A DNA stretch of 64,000 bases from Acidobacteriota bacterium (GCA_963666055.2 CAXWPH010000007.1:64001-128000); one strand, 5' to 3'. Shown: positions 23,547 to 32,537, counted from the first letter of the stretch. Numbers and translations: made by a program. Notes: generated by a model from the letters alone, not told the origin.

Positions 23547-24207
23547 CTAGAGCAGGGAGATATCAGCAGTGTCGCCAACAGCGTCGCATGGATCAAGTTC
23601 GCCACTGCGGCGACCGCGCTCAGTGCTCTTCCTGCCCCGCCATCGCACCACCTCCGGAGCATCGTACCCGGCCATGCGTTCCAGCAGTCGGTCCGAATCC
23701 TCGTCGACGATGAGCTGCTCGCGCCGCTCAGACTCGACGAAGCCTTCGCCGACCGCGTGGTCGAGCATCGCCAAGAGCCGGTCATAGTAGCCAGCGACGT
23801 TCAACAGAGCTACGGGCTTGCGGTGCATCCCGAGTTGCGCCCAGGCGCTGATCTCCAACAGCTCCTCGAACGTCCCGATACCGCCGGGCAACGCGACGAA
23901 CCCGGACGACAGCCTCTGACATCAGATGCTTGCGCTCGTGCATCGAATCGACCACGAGAAGCTCGCTCAAGGACTGGTGGCCGACCTCGCGTACCTGCAA
24001 CCCGTAGGGGATAATCCCGGTGACCCGGCCTCCGGCCGCCAGCACGGAGTCGGCAATGACGCCCATCAGACCGACGCTACCGCCGCCGTACACCAGTCCC
24101 AGCCCGCGCCCGACGAGCGCCGTGCCGAGTGCAGCGGCGGCGGCCGCATAGGCGGGTCGAACACCGTGCCGAGACCCACAGAAGACGCAATACGACAGCT
24201 CGGCCAT
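23547..24207 (-). pseudogene. LOG/TIGR00730 Rossmann-fold nucleotide monophosphate nucleosidase, +1 frameshift at ~23913
   Basis: [23 protein letters not shown], then PGGIGTFEE in the next frame; deleting one G gives [14 protein letters not shown]. Confidence 0.85.
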
Positions 24208-24253
24208 GTTACTCAGGCTCGCATCGTCAGGCAGCGCGCCATCGACCAGGGCA

Positions 24254-24538
24254 TCAGCCGCCCGCTTGGAGGTGGGCGGCACGGCGCTCCCAACGCACCC
24301 GGGCTTTGGCGCGCTCTTGTTCACGCGACTTCGGGGGCACCGTCGTAACGAGGCTCGCCAGCAGCCGCTGCGAGACGGCGGCAACATCCTCTACGGCCTG
24401 CTCGAACGCCGCGTGGTTGGTGCGCGACGGGGCGCGCATGCCGCTGATCTTACGTACGTATTGCAACGCCGAGGCTCGAACCTCGGCGTCGGTAGCCACA
24501 GGCTTGAAATTGAACAGCGGACGGATGTTTCGACACAC
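24254..24538 (-). CDS. DUF2277 family protein
   Basis: [30 protein letters not shown] signature; GTG start. Confidence 0.85.
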   Translation of the reverse strand: MCRNIRPLFNFKPVATDAEVRASALQYVRKISGMRAPSRTNHAAFEQAVEDVAAVSQRLLASLVTTVPPKSREQERAKARVRWERRAAHLQAGG

Positions 24539-24692
24539 GAGCGAATCCTCCTGGATCTGGCCATGTCGAGCGGCCGGCGGCGACATTCTGGCACGCCAGC
24601 CCACCAGATCCATTCGGAACTGACGGTTCTCGTCGGCTATGATCCAGGAAACTGAATCGTCGATTCATGAATTCGTACTTGGTCGACCGCTG

Positions 24693-24914
24693 CCGAGCAA
24701 GGAAACATCCGGCAGTATCGGGTACGCCAGCCATCGCCCCAGGCCGCTCCCCTTTACGTCCATGATCGGGACCGGGCTGGCGTCCTCGATACCGCCGGGT
24801 ATTCATTCGCTCGGGTGACACCGGGCACGCCAACCTCAGCCCCAGGCCGCTCCCCATTACGTCCATGATCGGGACCGGGCTGGCGTCCTCGCTGTCACCT
24901 GAGCTCTTGCCCGG
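24693..24914 (-). ncRNA. Candidate structured ncRNA with two tandem hairpin domains and a closing helix
   Basis: 53-bp direct repeat (24736-24788 / 24839-24891, 1 mismatch) inside hairpins with compensated outer stems; terminal helix CCGGGCAAG/CUUGCUCGG; sigma54 promoter immediately upstream. Confidence 0.65.
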
Positions 24915-24922
24915 TAATAAGA

Positions 24923-24939
24923 AGCAAGCGGCGTGCCAA
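24923..24939 (-). promoter_or_regulatory. Sigma54 (RpoN) -24/-12 promoter
   Basis: TTGGCACGCCGCTTGCT matches the consensus YTGGCACG-N4-TTGCW exactly; predicted TSS ~24912. Confidence 0.8.
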
Positions 24940-25006
24940 AGTGACCCGTCTCATCTGTAGCACCCAGCCGGCTTGGCGGTGCGCAGACGCGTACAAGGGC
25001 GTGCAT

Positions 25007-25048
25007 GTTGTCCGATTCTGGGAAATCGTCGTTCCAGAACCGAACGAC
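25007..25048. promoter_or_regulatory. Imperfect inverted repeat: candidate enhancer (UAS) for a sigma54 activator, or 3' hairpin of the ABC gene
   Basis: gttgtccgattctggga / ttccagaaccgaacgac, 13/17 match; ~100-135 bp upstream of the predicted TSS; no U-tract. Confidence 0.45.
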
Positions 25049-25051
25049 GCG

Positions 25052-25867
25052 CTACGGCTCGGCAGCCTCGGCAGCCTCGGCGGCCTCGGCGGCCGCGGCA
25101 GGATCGGCGGTGTAGGGATCGTCTTCCACGACCCAGCCGTCCAGCAAGTTGATGATCCGGTCGCTGTATCCGGCGCTCATCTCGGAGTGGGTGACCTGCA
25201 CGATGGTCGTTCCCTCCTCCTCGCTGAGGCGCGTGAACAGCTCCATGATCTCCTTGCCCTGCGCGGTGTGCAGGTTGCCCGTCGGCTCGTCTGCCAGGAG
25301 CACCTTGGGTTTGCCGATGATGGCGCGAGCAACGCCTACCAGCTGCTGCTGACCGCCAGACAGCTGGCTTGGGTAGAGGTCTTTCTTGCCGACAATATTG
25401 AATCGATCGAGGGTGTCCGCCACCATGCTCTTGCGCTGCGTACGCTTGACGTTTCGGTACGACAGCGGCACGTCGAGATTCTCGTAGACGGTCATGCTGT
25501 CGATCAGGTGGTAGCTCTGGAAGACGAAGCCGATGTATTCGCGATTAAGGCGGTTACGCTCCTTCGAGCTCAAGTCGTGAACCGGATAGTCGAGGAAGTA
25601 GTACTCGCCTTCCCATGACCCGTCGAGCATTCCGATGATGCTCAACAGAGTCGACTTACCGGCCCCGGACGGGCCCATGATGGTAACGAACTCGCCCTGC
25701 CGGATGTCTGCGTTGATACGGCGCAGCACGTATGTGCGGCCGAATCCCGACTTGTACCACTTCTCCAGGCCGCGCAGCCGAATGATCGGTGAGTTCGGGT
25801 CACGGTCCGCGAGCGGATCCGTGCCACGGTCCTCCGTGCCCCCCAGAAGGTCACGCGCTTTCCACAT
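25052..25867 (-). CDS. MacB/LolD-type ABC transporter ATP-binding protein (no permease adjacent)
   Basis: GPSGAGKST, IGFVFQSYHL, LSGGQQQ, LLADEPTGNL, VTH; start moved to ATG 25867 because of the promoter position. Confidence 0.92.
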   Translation of the reverse strand: MWKARDLLGGTEDRGTDPLADRDPNSPIIRLRGLEKWYKSGFGRTYVLRRINADIRQGEFVTIMGPSGAGKSTLLSIIGMLDGSWEGEYYFLDYPVHDLSSKERNRLNREYIGFVFQSYHLIDSMTVYENLDVPLSYRNVKRTQRKSMVADTLDRFNIVGKKDLYPSQLSGGQQQLVGVARAIIGKPKVLLADEPTGNLHTAQGKEIMELFTRLSEEEGTTIVQVTHSEMSAGYSDRIINLLDGWVVEDDPYTADPAAAAEAAEAAEAAEP

Positions 25868-25881
25868 ATCCCTCAGCATCG

Positions 25882-25897
25882 TGCAATAGGCTTGCCA
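25882..25897 (-). promoter_or_regulatory. Sigma54 -24/-12 promoter for the ABC ATPase
   Basis: TGGCAAGCCTATTGCA, one mismatch to TGGCACG-N4-TTGCW; predicted TSS ~25871. Confidence 0.65.
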
Positions 25898-25915
25898 TTC
25901 CTCGGCAGCCTATCG

Positions 25916-27574
25916 CTAATCGAGCCCCAATACCTCCAGTCCTTGGCGGTAGATGATATCGACCGGGATGGAGCGCTCGCCAAGCCGATCGAGGGCGGCC
26001 TGCAAACCGGGCCCTATCACCCCGGCTTCCGACCAGTATGCCGCCGTGCCGTCATAGTCCCCATCGCCCTGCAGGCGTAGCAGCTTCTCCGACAGCCCAG
26101 CGACGGCCTCCTGAGCACGGTCGAAGTCGATCGAGTAGGTACCGGTGGCCTCGTCAAACACGAACGCCTGCTGGTCGCGGAAGTAGTTGAAACGCGCCAA
26201 ATTGGCGCGCCCGTGCGCGCTCGTGAGCCCGAAGCGGATCGAACGAAAGATCGAGGCGAAGAACGTCACGTAGTTGTCCATCAGATCGGCATCGCCGAGA
26301 TCGCCGCTGGCGCTCAGCTCGTTGAGCATATGCAGACCGAGGATGTCCGCCTTCCCTTCCTCCACCCACGACGCGTGCTCGGCCAGCGCCAGCCTCACCG
26401 TGCCGCCACCGTCGATGGTGTTCTTGATGCCGAGGCCATGCGCCACCTCGTGAAACATCGTATTGGCAAAGAAGGCGTCGAACGTGACGTGACCACGCTG
26501 CTCCGCCGAGATCAGCTCCGCTGCGATCGGAACGAGGATAGCGTCGAACTTGGCACGCATGCCGTTCTTGATCTGAATCCGGCGCGTACCCTTCTGCAGC
26601 TGGACGACCTCGTCGTTGGGCAGGTTCACGGCAATCGACTTGGCGCCGGCGTTGGCGTCTCCGCCAGCATAGACCAGATCGTAGGCGTTGAGCTGGGCGT
26701 CGCTGCCGGGTTCTTCCGCCTTGTAGGCATCGGGCACAGGCAAGGTGCGTTGTAACGACGGCAGCAGGCTGGCGTAGCGAGCCAGGCGATCGCTCCACTC
26801 CCGGTCCTTGATGAAGATCAATGCCTCGAACGCCGCCTTGGCACCCAGGAACTGGTCCTCGTACACCTCGATCGGACCGATGACGACCTCGATGGTGTTG
26901 CCGGTCATGTCCATCCAGGCCAGGTCACTAGCGCGATAGTCGTCGTTCAACAGGGCATCGGCGCGAAGCTCCAGATAGTTCTTCAACCCCGGGTCGTCGG
27001 CCAGCGCCGCCGCTTCACGTAGCTTGCCGGCGACGCGTCCCACCGGATCGGCAAACACCTCGTGGTATGGCTTGGCGATCAGCCCGCCGGCGTCGTCGCG
27101 TCGTACCACGGTGTACAGCGCTCGAAGCTCCGCGTCGCCCGCCGCTTCGATCTCCTCACGCGTGATGTCGGCAGGGTAGAGGTTGGCACCAGCAGGCTTC
27201 GCGCCCACGCCGTCTACAAACGACGTGTTGGCGTCCAGTCGATCCCAGGGACCGAAGTTAGCCTCGGCGAATCGTCGCTCCGCAGGGGTGTCGAGTGATT
27301 CGAGCAGCTCGGCACGGTCGCCGTAGGCCTGCATCCAGAAGATCTCGTCCACCGCCTGCGCGGCGTCGATCAGTAGCCGGAGGATGGCTCGCTGGTTGTC
27401 GCTCAAACCTGACAGGTCCGGCTCGAGGCTGACCTCGATGTACTTGGCGAGGCCAAGCTCCGCGGCGCTCGTCGGTGCGTCCGCGAGCTCCGCGGGACCA
27501 TCGGCAGGGGCACAGGCGCCACTGGCCAACGTGACCATCAGGGCAAGGGTCGCTGTCGCTACGCGCACATTCAT
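25916..27574 (-). CDS. Dipeptidyl-peptidase III / M49-like Zn hydrolase lipoprotein
   Basis: Lipobox ASGAC; IGPIEVYED, AVNLPNDE, HEVAHGLG, EEGKAD; RBS GAGGAGG. Confidence 0.85.
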   Translation of the reverse strand: MNVRVATATLALMVTLASGACAPADGPAELADAPTSAAELGLAKYIEVSLEPDLSGLSDNQRAILRLLIDAAQAVDEIFWMQAYGDRAELLESLDTPAERRFAEANFGPWDRLDANTSFVDGVGAKPAGANLYPADITREEIEAAGDAELRALYTVVRRDDAGGLIAKPYHEVFADPVGRVAGKLREAAALADDPGLKNYLELRADALLNDDYRASDLAWMDMTGNTIEVVIGPIEVYEDQFLGAKAAFEALIFIKDREWSDRLARYASLLPSLQRTLPVPDAYKAEEPGSDAQLNAYDLVYAGGDANAGAKSIAVNLPNDEVVQLQKGTRRIQIKNGMRAKFDAILVPIAAELISAEQRGHVTFDAFFANTMFHEVAHGLGIKNTIDGGGTVRLALAEHASWVEEGKADILGLHMLNELSASGDLGDADLMDNYVTFFASIFRSIRFGLTSAHGRANLARFNYFRDQQAFVFDEATGTYSIDFDRAQEAVAGLSEKLLRLQGDGDYDGTAAYWSEAGVIGPGLQAALDRLGERSIPVDIIYRQGLEVLGLD

Positions 27575-27584
27575 GGCCTCCTCG

Positions 27585-28898
27585 TCAATCGTCCTCGTAC
27601 AGGTGCCCACGCGTCGCCGCGCAACGTCCATAGAGAGCACCCGGCAGCGACTCCACCAGCTCGGTGACCATCGACCGATTGCGGAGATCGGCGTCCGGCC
27701 TCGTATCGGTCAGCACACGCACGTAGTTGCCGGTCAATCCGCTCCAGCGCTTGCCGTCACCGAACGGCTCGCTGGACTCCCACAGGACCTGCGCCTTGCT
27801 GCCCAGCATGCCCCGGCGAAAGCTCGTTTCCAGATCGGCACCGAGCATGTGGAACCGCCGGCTTCGGCCCTGCGCAGTGGCCGGATCAACCTGATCGGCC
27901 ATGTGCGCGGCCGCGGTGCCTGCCCGCGGCGAGTAGCGGAATACGTGCAACCGCGAGAAGGCCATCGACTCGACGAACTCGATCGACTCCTCGAACTCCT
28001 CCTCAGTCTCCCCGGGAAACCCGACGATGACATCGGTGCTGACGGCCAGATCCGGAATCATGGCGTTGGCCGCCGCAACCAAGGCCGCAAACTCGACCTG
28101 GCTGGTGCGCCGCGACATGCGCCGTAACGTGGCATCGCAGCCGCTCTGCAGTGGCAGATGCAAGTGCGGCTGCAGGCGGCTGTCGCTCCACAGGTCGAAG
28201 AGTTCGGGGCGCATGTCCCAGGGCTCGAGCGACGATAGCCTTACACGCGGAATATCGGTGCGGTCGAGGATCGCCGCGACGAGATGCTCGAGACCGTGTC
28301 GATCGTCACGATCGTGTCCGTACGAGCCCAGATGCACCCCGGTCAGCACCGCCTCTCGGTAGCCGATCTCTGCCAGGTGTCGGACCTGGGCGATTACCGA
28401 CTCGAGCGACCGGCTCCGGCTATTGCCGCGCGCCACCGTGACGATGCAGAAGGTGCAGCGGTTGTCACAGCCATCCTGCACCTTGACAAAGGCGCGCGTC
28501 CGGCCATGAGGCACAGCGAACGGCGCCGCGTCAGCGTCGCCGATCGGGTCAGCGTCGTGTAGCAGCCCGGCGGCAGCAAGCTCGTCGGCGAGCTCGTCCT
28601 TGTGGTGATTCCCAACCACCATGTCGACGCCGAGCCGCTCGACCTCTGCCGCCGACAGCTCGGCGTAGCAGCCGGTCGCCACGATGCTGGCATGAGGATG
28701 ATCGCGCCGTATCTGACGCAAGATCTTGCGCGATTTGCGCGCCGCCACATGAGTGACGGCGCAGGTGTTGAAGACGAACAGGTCGGCGTCGTCACCCGGG
28801 CCCACGATGCGGTGGCCGTGTCCGGCCAACACCAACGCCAGCTCCTCCATCTCACCGATATTGAGTCGGCAGCCGATCGAATCGAGGCGAACGCGCAC
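27585..28898 (-). CDS. mtaB: tRNA t6A methylthiotransferase (radical SAM)
   Basis: GCRLN, NTCAVT, TGCYA, KVQDGCDNRCTFC, HLHLPLQSG, DVIVGFPGETEEEF, HVFRYSPRAGT. Confidence 0.92.
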   Translation of the reverse strand: MRVRLDSIGCRLNIGEMEELALVLAGHGHRIVGPGDDADLFVFNTCAVTHVAARKSRKILRQIRRDHPHASIVATGCYAELSAAEVERLGVDMVVGNHHKDELADELAAAGLLHDADPIGDADAAPFAVPHGRTRAFVKVQDGCDNRCTFCIVTVARGNSRSRSLESVIAQVRHLAEIGYREAVLTGVHLGSYGHDRDDRHGLEHLVAAILDRTDIPRVRLSSLEPWDMRPELFDLWSDSRLQPHLHLPLQSGCDATLRRMSRRTSQVEFAALVAAANAMIPDLAVSTDVIVGFPGETEEEFEESIEFVESMAFSRLHVFRYSPRAGTAAAHMADQVDPATAQGRSRRFHMLGADLETSFRRGMLGSKAQVLWESSEPFGDGKRWSGLTGNYVRVLTDTRPDADLRNRSMVTELVESLPGALYGRCAATRGHLYEDD

Positions 28899-29080
28899 GT
28901 TTAACTCTCCGCCTGTGAGGCGAGCTGGACAAGCAGCTCCGCGTAGATGTGGAGATCATCTGCGGAAGGTGCCGAAACGGTTGTGATTCTACCAAGCGGC
29001 GGCCGTCAAAGCCGGTTGAGGACAGGACGGCAAGCAGCCACACGGGGTGGCGCCGGCGTCCCTGTCCTGGGGGGACGTTG

Positions 29081-29347
29081 ATGGCTCATTCGCTGCGCAA
29101 CCCGATCCTGTGCTGCACCGCTTTGCTACTCATCGGGGGCGCCTTTGTACCCCGCTCGACCGCCGCGCCCTGCGTCGCAGAGCTCCGCTCCTGTATGAAC
29201 CACGTTCAGGAATATCTCTGGGACGACATCATGGAGCTCGATTGGGAGCTCATCCGGGACGCCAACGTGATGGCGTGGGACTGCAGCATCGATGTATACG
29301 ACCACATCATGCTCGGCAGCCACCACGCGTGCCCGTGCGCCGCCTAG
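29081..29347 (+). CDS. Small secreted Cys-containing protein (88 aa)
   Basis: RBS-like GGGGGA; signal peptide ending STAA; mature part has 5 Cys. Confidence 0.55.
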   Translation: MAHSLRNPILCCTALLLIGGAFVPRSTAAPCVAELRSCMNHVQEYLWDDIMELDWELIRDANVMAWDCSIDVYDHIMLGSHHACPCAA

Positions 29348-29415
29348 GCTGGCGCGGCGGCTTTGCGTGGTCGTCCCGGAAGCGCTCGGGAGGGCTTTCT
29401 CTCCCGGGCGTCCTG

Positions 29416-30468
29416 GTGTGGCTGGGCCTCTGGAATCTGGGCTTGCTCAGCACCTGCCAGCGGCCTCCTGTACCGGCCGAATGGACGTTGGAGGCCGAGG
29501 AGATCAGCACGCTCGGGAAGGCCGGCGTTGATGCTGACGCGGCGTTCTCGAATCCAGCCGCCTTGGGATTCGATGCCCTGGGCCGAATCTACGTGCTCGA
29601 CAGCGGCAACCATCGGGTGCAGGTATTCTCACCTTCCGGGGAGCTCGTCGCATCGCGGGGCAGGCAAGGTGACGGGCGCGGCGAGATGAGCCGCCCCGAG
29701 GGGATGTGGGTGTATCCGAACGGCGAGATCCTGATTGCGGATACAGGAAACCGACGCCTCGCGCGCTTCGGTGCCGCGGCCGAGCCGCTCGACGCGATTC
29801 CCGTCGACTACCTGCCACTCGAGGTGGTCGGAACGGCAGAGCACATCTTCGTGCTACGCCTGCCCCCGGCGTCGTTCATGTTCGGCCCCGAAGCCGAGCC
29901 TTTGGTGAGCGTGCTGGATCGCGATGGCAAGCTCCTCGATAACCTCGTGCCGCCGCAGCGAAACGACGTCGGAATCCTCTATTTTCTGCTCAACACTCGA
30001 CGCCTTGCGCCGGCGCCTGGCGGCGGGTTCGCGCTGGCACATACCCACGTAATCAGCCAGGTGCAGACATACGATCGACTCGGATCAAGAACCGGAACGA
30101 TCGACGTGCTTTACAAGGCCGCCATCTGGGCACCCCTGGGGAGCCTGCCGAGGTACATTAGCGACCAGAGTCTTGATCATGTGGCGCGAACCGCTTCCGA
30201 CGTTTCCTGGGACGAGGCCCGCGGCCTCTATTGGGTGCTAGCCGGGTACGTCGATCGTACCGCCGAGGGCACCTGGACGATCGGCACCGAGTTGTATCGC
30301 TACGACACCTCCGGCGCCTACCGCGGCTCGGTGATGCTCCCCTACTCCGCACGCGTCGTGGCTGCCGCCCCTGATCGCACGGTCTGGGTGATCGACGACG
30401 AGGGCGTCTTGCACCAGTTCCGCCTGCGCGACCCGGACCTCGCCCCGCCAAGCGGAGCCAATCGATGA
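29416..30468 (+). CDS. 6-bladed NHL beta-propeller protein, probable lipoprotein
   Basis: NHL repeats FSNPAALGFD..IYVLDSGNHRVQVF and P.GMWV..ILIADTGNRR; start uncertain. Confidence 0.75.
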   Translation: MWLGLWNLGLLSTCQRPPVPAEWTLEAEEISTLGKAGVDADAAFSNPAALGFDALGRIYVLDSGNHRVQVFSPSGELVASRGRQGDGRGEMSRPEGMWVYPNGEILIADTGNRRLARFGAAAEPLDAIPVDYLPLEVVGTAEHIFVLRLPPASFMFGPEAEPLVSVLDRDGKLLDNLVPPQRNDVGILYFLLNTRRLAPAPGGGFALAHTHVISQVQTYDRLGSRTGTIDVLYKAAIWAPLGSLPRYISDQSLDHVARTASDVSWDEARGLYWVLAGYVDRTAEGTWTIGTELYRYDTSGAYRGSVMLPYSARVVAAAPDRTVWVIDDEGVLHQFRLRDPDLAPPSGANR

Positions 30469-30496
30469 TCCGACGTCGATCGGCGAGCCGCCGAGA

Positions 30497-31069
30497 CTAT
30501 CGGCGGCGGCGGAAACGCCACATCGTGGTGCCGTACTCATCGCCCTGCGTAAAGACGAGCATGTCGAAGCTCGCCACCTCGTAGCGGAAAGTGTACCGCC
30601 GCACCGTCGACAGATCGTCGAACGCCCACCAACGACCTTCGACCTCGAGAACACGGCCGCGCTCCGTCCATCGGGCGCGCTCACGCACCTCGGCGCCACC
30701 GCGCTGAAATTCGCTGATCGACCCCGCCCAGCGATACGTTTGCACGTTTCGCTGTCCATTCTCGGGTCGAAACTCGAAAACGATCCGATCGGTCTGCTGG
30801 TCGATCTGGTAGACCACCTCACGCTGGCGCCACACCTCGACCATCGGATCGCTCGATGCGCTGTCGAACACCCACTCACCGGTCATGTCCACGACGGGTA
30901 CGTCTGAGATCCAGGGTGTCCACTCGAGCGACGGCTGGTCGGGCGGTGTGGCCTCCTGCTGGATGGCCGCGATGGAGGTCATCGACTGGGGACACAGCGT
31001 GAGGCCAACCAAGACGGCAAACCCGACGATACGCGCGTCGACACGTTGGCCACGTCGATAACGAGCCAC
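30497..31069 (-). CDS. Hypothetical secreted protein
   Basis: Hydrophobic N-terminus, beta-rich body; true start must lie below tRNA-Cys and is uncertain. Confidence 0.55.
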   Translation of the reverse strand: MARYRRGQRVDARIVGFAVLVGLTLCPQSMTSIAAIQQEATPPDQPSLEWTPWISDVPVVDMTGEWVFDSASSDPMVEVWRQREVVYQIDQQTDRIVFEFRPENGQRNVQTYRWAGSISEFQRGGAEVRERARWTERGRVLEVEGRWWAFDDLSTVRRYTFRYEVASFDMLVFTQGDEYGTTMWRFRRRR

Positions 31070-31098
31070 TTCGACACCACCGGCGTGGGCGAACGAGG

Positions 31099-31170
31099 AG
31101 GCGGCGGGCGGGATCGAACCGCCGAATCGCGGTTTTGCAGACCGCTGCCTTACCACTTGGCTACGCCGCC
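31099..31170 (-). tRNA. tRNA-Cys(GCA)
   Basis: GGCGGCGTAGCCAAGTGGTAAGGCAGCGGTCTGCAAAACCGC...GGTTCGATCCC; CCA not encoded (CCT). Confidence 0.95.
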
Positions 31171-31257
31171 TCATCAAGGGTCGACGCCGGACTCGCCCCG
31201 AGGTGCTGTGGAGCGGCCGGATCTACGCGCGAAGAGGGTCCGCGCGCCAAGATCAAT

Positions 31258-31333
31258 TGGAGCGGGAAACGGGATTCGAACCCGCGACCTCAACGTTGGC
31301 AACGTTGCGCTCTACCAGCTGAGCTATTCCCGC
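31258..31333 (-). tRNA. tRNA-Gly(GCC)
   Basis: GCGGGAATAGCTCAGCTGGTAGAGC..TTGCCAA..GGTTCGAATCCCGTTTCCCGCTCCA; 76 nt. Confidence 0.97.
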
Positions 31334-31345
31334 TCCGGAATCAAC

Positions 31346-31374
31346 AGGATATCGGCGGCGTGAGACACAGGCAA
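31346..31374 (-). promoter_or_regulatory. Sigma70-type promoter of the tRNA-Gly/Cys operon
   Basis: TTGCCT-N17-TATCCT just upstream of tRNA-Gly. Confidence 0.55.
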
Positions 31375-31393
31375 GAACTCTATAATTCGCGCC

Positions 31394-32131
31394 ATGCGAC
31401 AGGTCGTCACCTCGTCCCGATACGGCGTCGACATCGGCGCGCACGTGTTCCCGACAAACAAGTACGCGTTGCTCATCGAGCGCCTGTTGGCCGATGGCAC
31501 GCTCAGCCGAACCGAAATCGTAGAGTCGGACCGGACCGACGAGGCCGAGCTACGACGGGTCCACACACCGGGCTACGTCTCGAGGTGCCTGAACGGCAAA
31601 CTCTCGACCACCGAGATCGCTCGGTTAGAGTTGCCCTGGTCAGCCGCGCTGCTGGAGGCCTCGATGCGCTGTGTCGGTGGCACGAGCATGGCAGCTCACC
31701 TGGCGCTCGAGCACCGGGTGGGCATCCACATCGGCGGCGGCTTTCACCATGCATTCCCTGACCACGGCGAGGGCTTCTGCGTATTCAACGACCCGGCCTG
31801 CGCGGTCCGTACTTTGCTGGCGGAAAGCCGCATCGAACGCGCCATCGTGATCGACTGTGACGTGCATCAAGGCAACGGCACCGCCGCGGCGCACCAGGCC
31901 GAGCTTGCCATCTACGTAGCCGGGGCAGATCCGTACGTGGAGGATCAACTCGGTTCGCTGGCACTGTCGATCGATGGGCTTCGACACCGCGACGAGTTGG
32001 TTCTGGGCGCCTGCGAGCAGCACCAGATTCCTGTGGTTGTGGTGCTGGCGGGCGGCTACGCGCGCCGTATCGAGGACACTGTAACGATTCACGGCAACAC
32101 GGTTCGAGCCGCGGCGCAACTGTGGGCGTAG
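31394..32131 (+). CDS. Histone deacetylase family protein with apparent internal in-frame deletion
   Basis: HVFP, GGGFHHA, GFCVFND, DCDVHQGNGT, AGADP..D, GGY; the segment normally following GNGTA is missing. Confidence 0.8.
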   Translation: MRQVVTSSRYGVDIGAHVFPTNKYALLIERLLADGTLSRTEIVESDRTDEAELRRVHTPGYVSRCLNGKLSTTEIARLELPWSAALLEASMRCVGGTSMAAHLALEHRVGIHIGGGFHHAFPDHGEGFCVFNDPACAVRTLLAESRIERAIVIDCDVHQGNGTAAAHQAELAIYVAGADPYVEDQLGSLALSIDGLRHRDELVLGACEQHQIPVVVVLAGGYARRIEDTVTIHGNTVRAAAQLWA

Positions 32132-32140
32132 CCCTGGGAA

Positions 32141-32518
32141 TCAGATCCGGAAAGCGTCGCGAACCCACTCCGATCGCAGGCTGCCTCGCCCATCGGTCAG
32201 CAAGGACACGACGTCGAACCGGGCTGATTGGTAGGGGCGCTCGTATTGGCGTAGAAACGCTCCGGCGGCACGCGCCAGGCGACGCTGTTTGCGACGATCG
32301 ACCGCCTCCAGGGGGGTTCCATAGCGATCCGAGCGGCGCGCCTTCACCTCGACGAATATCAGCCCTCCGTCGTCGTCGAGGGCGATCAGGTCGATCTCGC
32401 CTCCAGCCCTGCGGAAACGGCGTTCGATCACCCGCAAGCCGGCCCGGGTGAGCAACTGCTCTGCATGGCGCTCGGCGGCGCGACCGAAACGACTGCGCCA
32501 GGCGCGGTGCTGTCCCAT
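32141..32518 (-). CDS. yraN: YraN family (UPF0102) endonuclease-like protein
   Basis: GEIDLIA, FVEVKAR, EAVDRRKQRRL, RFDVV. Confidence 0.88.
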   Translation of the reverse strand: MGQHRAWRSRFGRAAERHAEQLLTRAGLRVIERRFRRAGGEIDLIALDDDGGLIFVEVKARRSDRYGTPLEAVDRRKQRRLARAAGAFLRQYERPYQSARFDVVSLLTDGRGSLRSEWVRDAFRI

Positions 32519-32537
32519 GTGCAAGCTATGGAGACGG

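Noticed and set aside
24736-24891. 53-bp repeat pair as a mini CRISPR array
   Set aside because: Only two copies, the intervening sequence base-pairs with the repeats, and there are no cas genes; a structured RNA explains it better
24693-24914. Y RNA (yrlA/yrlB) or canonical SRP RNA identity
   Set aside because: No tRNA-like T-arm, no rsr gene, rtcB is 26 kb away, and the SRP CAGG/AGCA loop is not intact
25056-25100. 9-bp tandem repeats
   Set aside because: They encode the low-complexity AEA tail of the ABC ATPase
31096-31099. tRNA-Cys and tRNA-Phe ending in CCT rather than CCA
   Set aside because: Non-encoded CCA is common in bacteria and is added enzymatically
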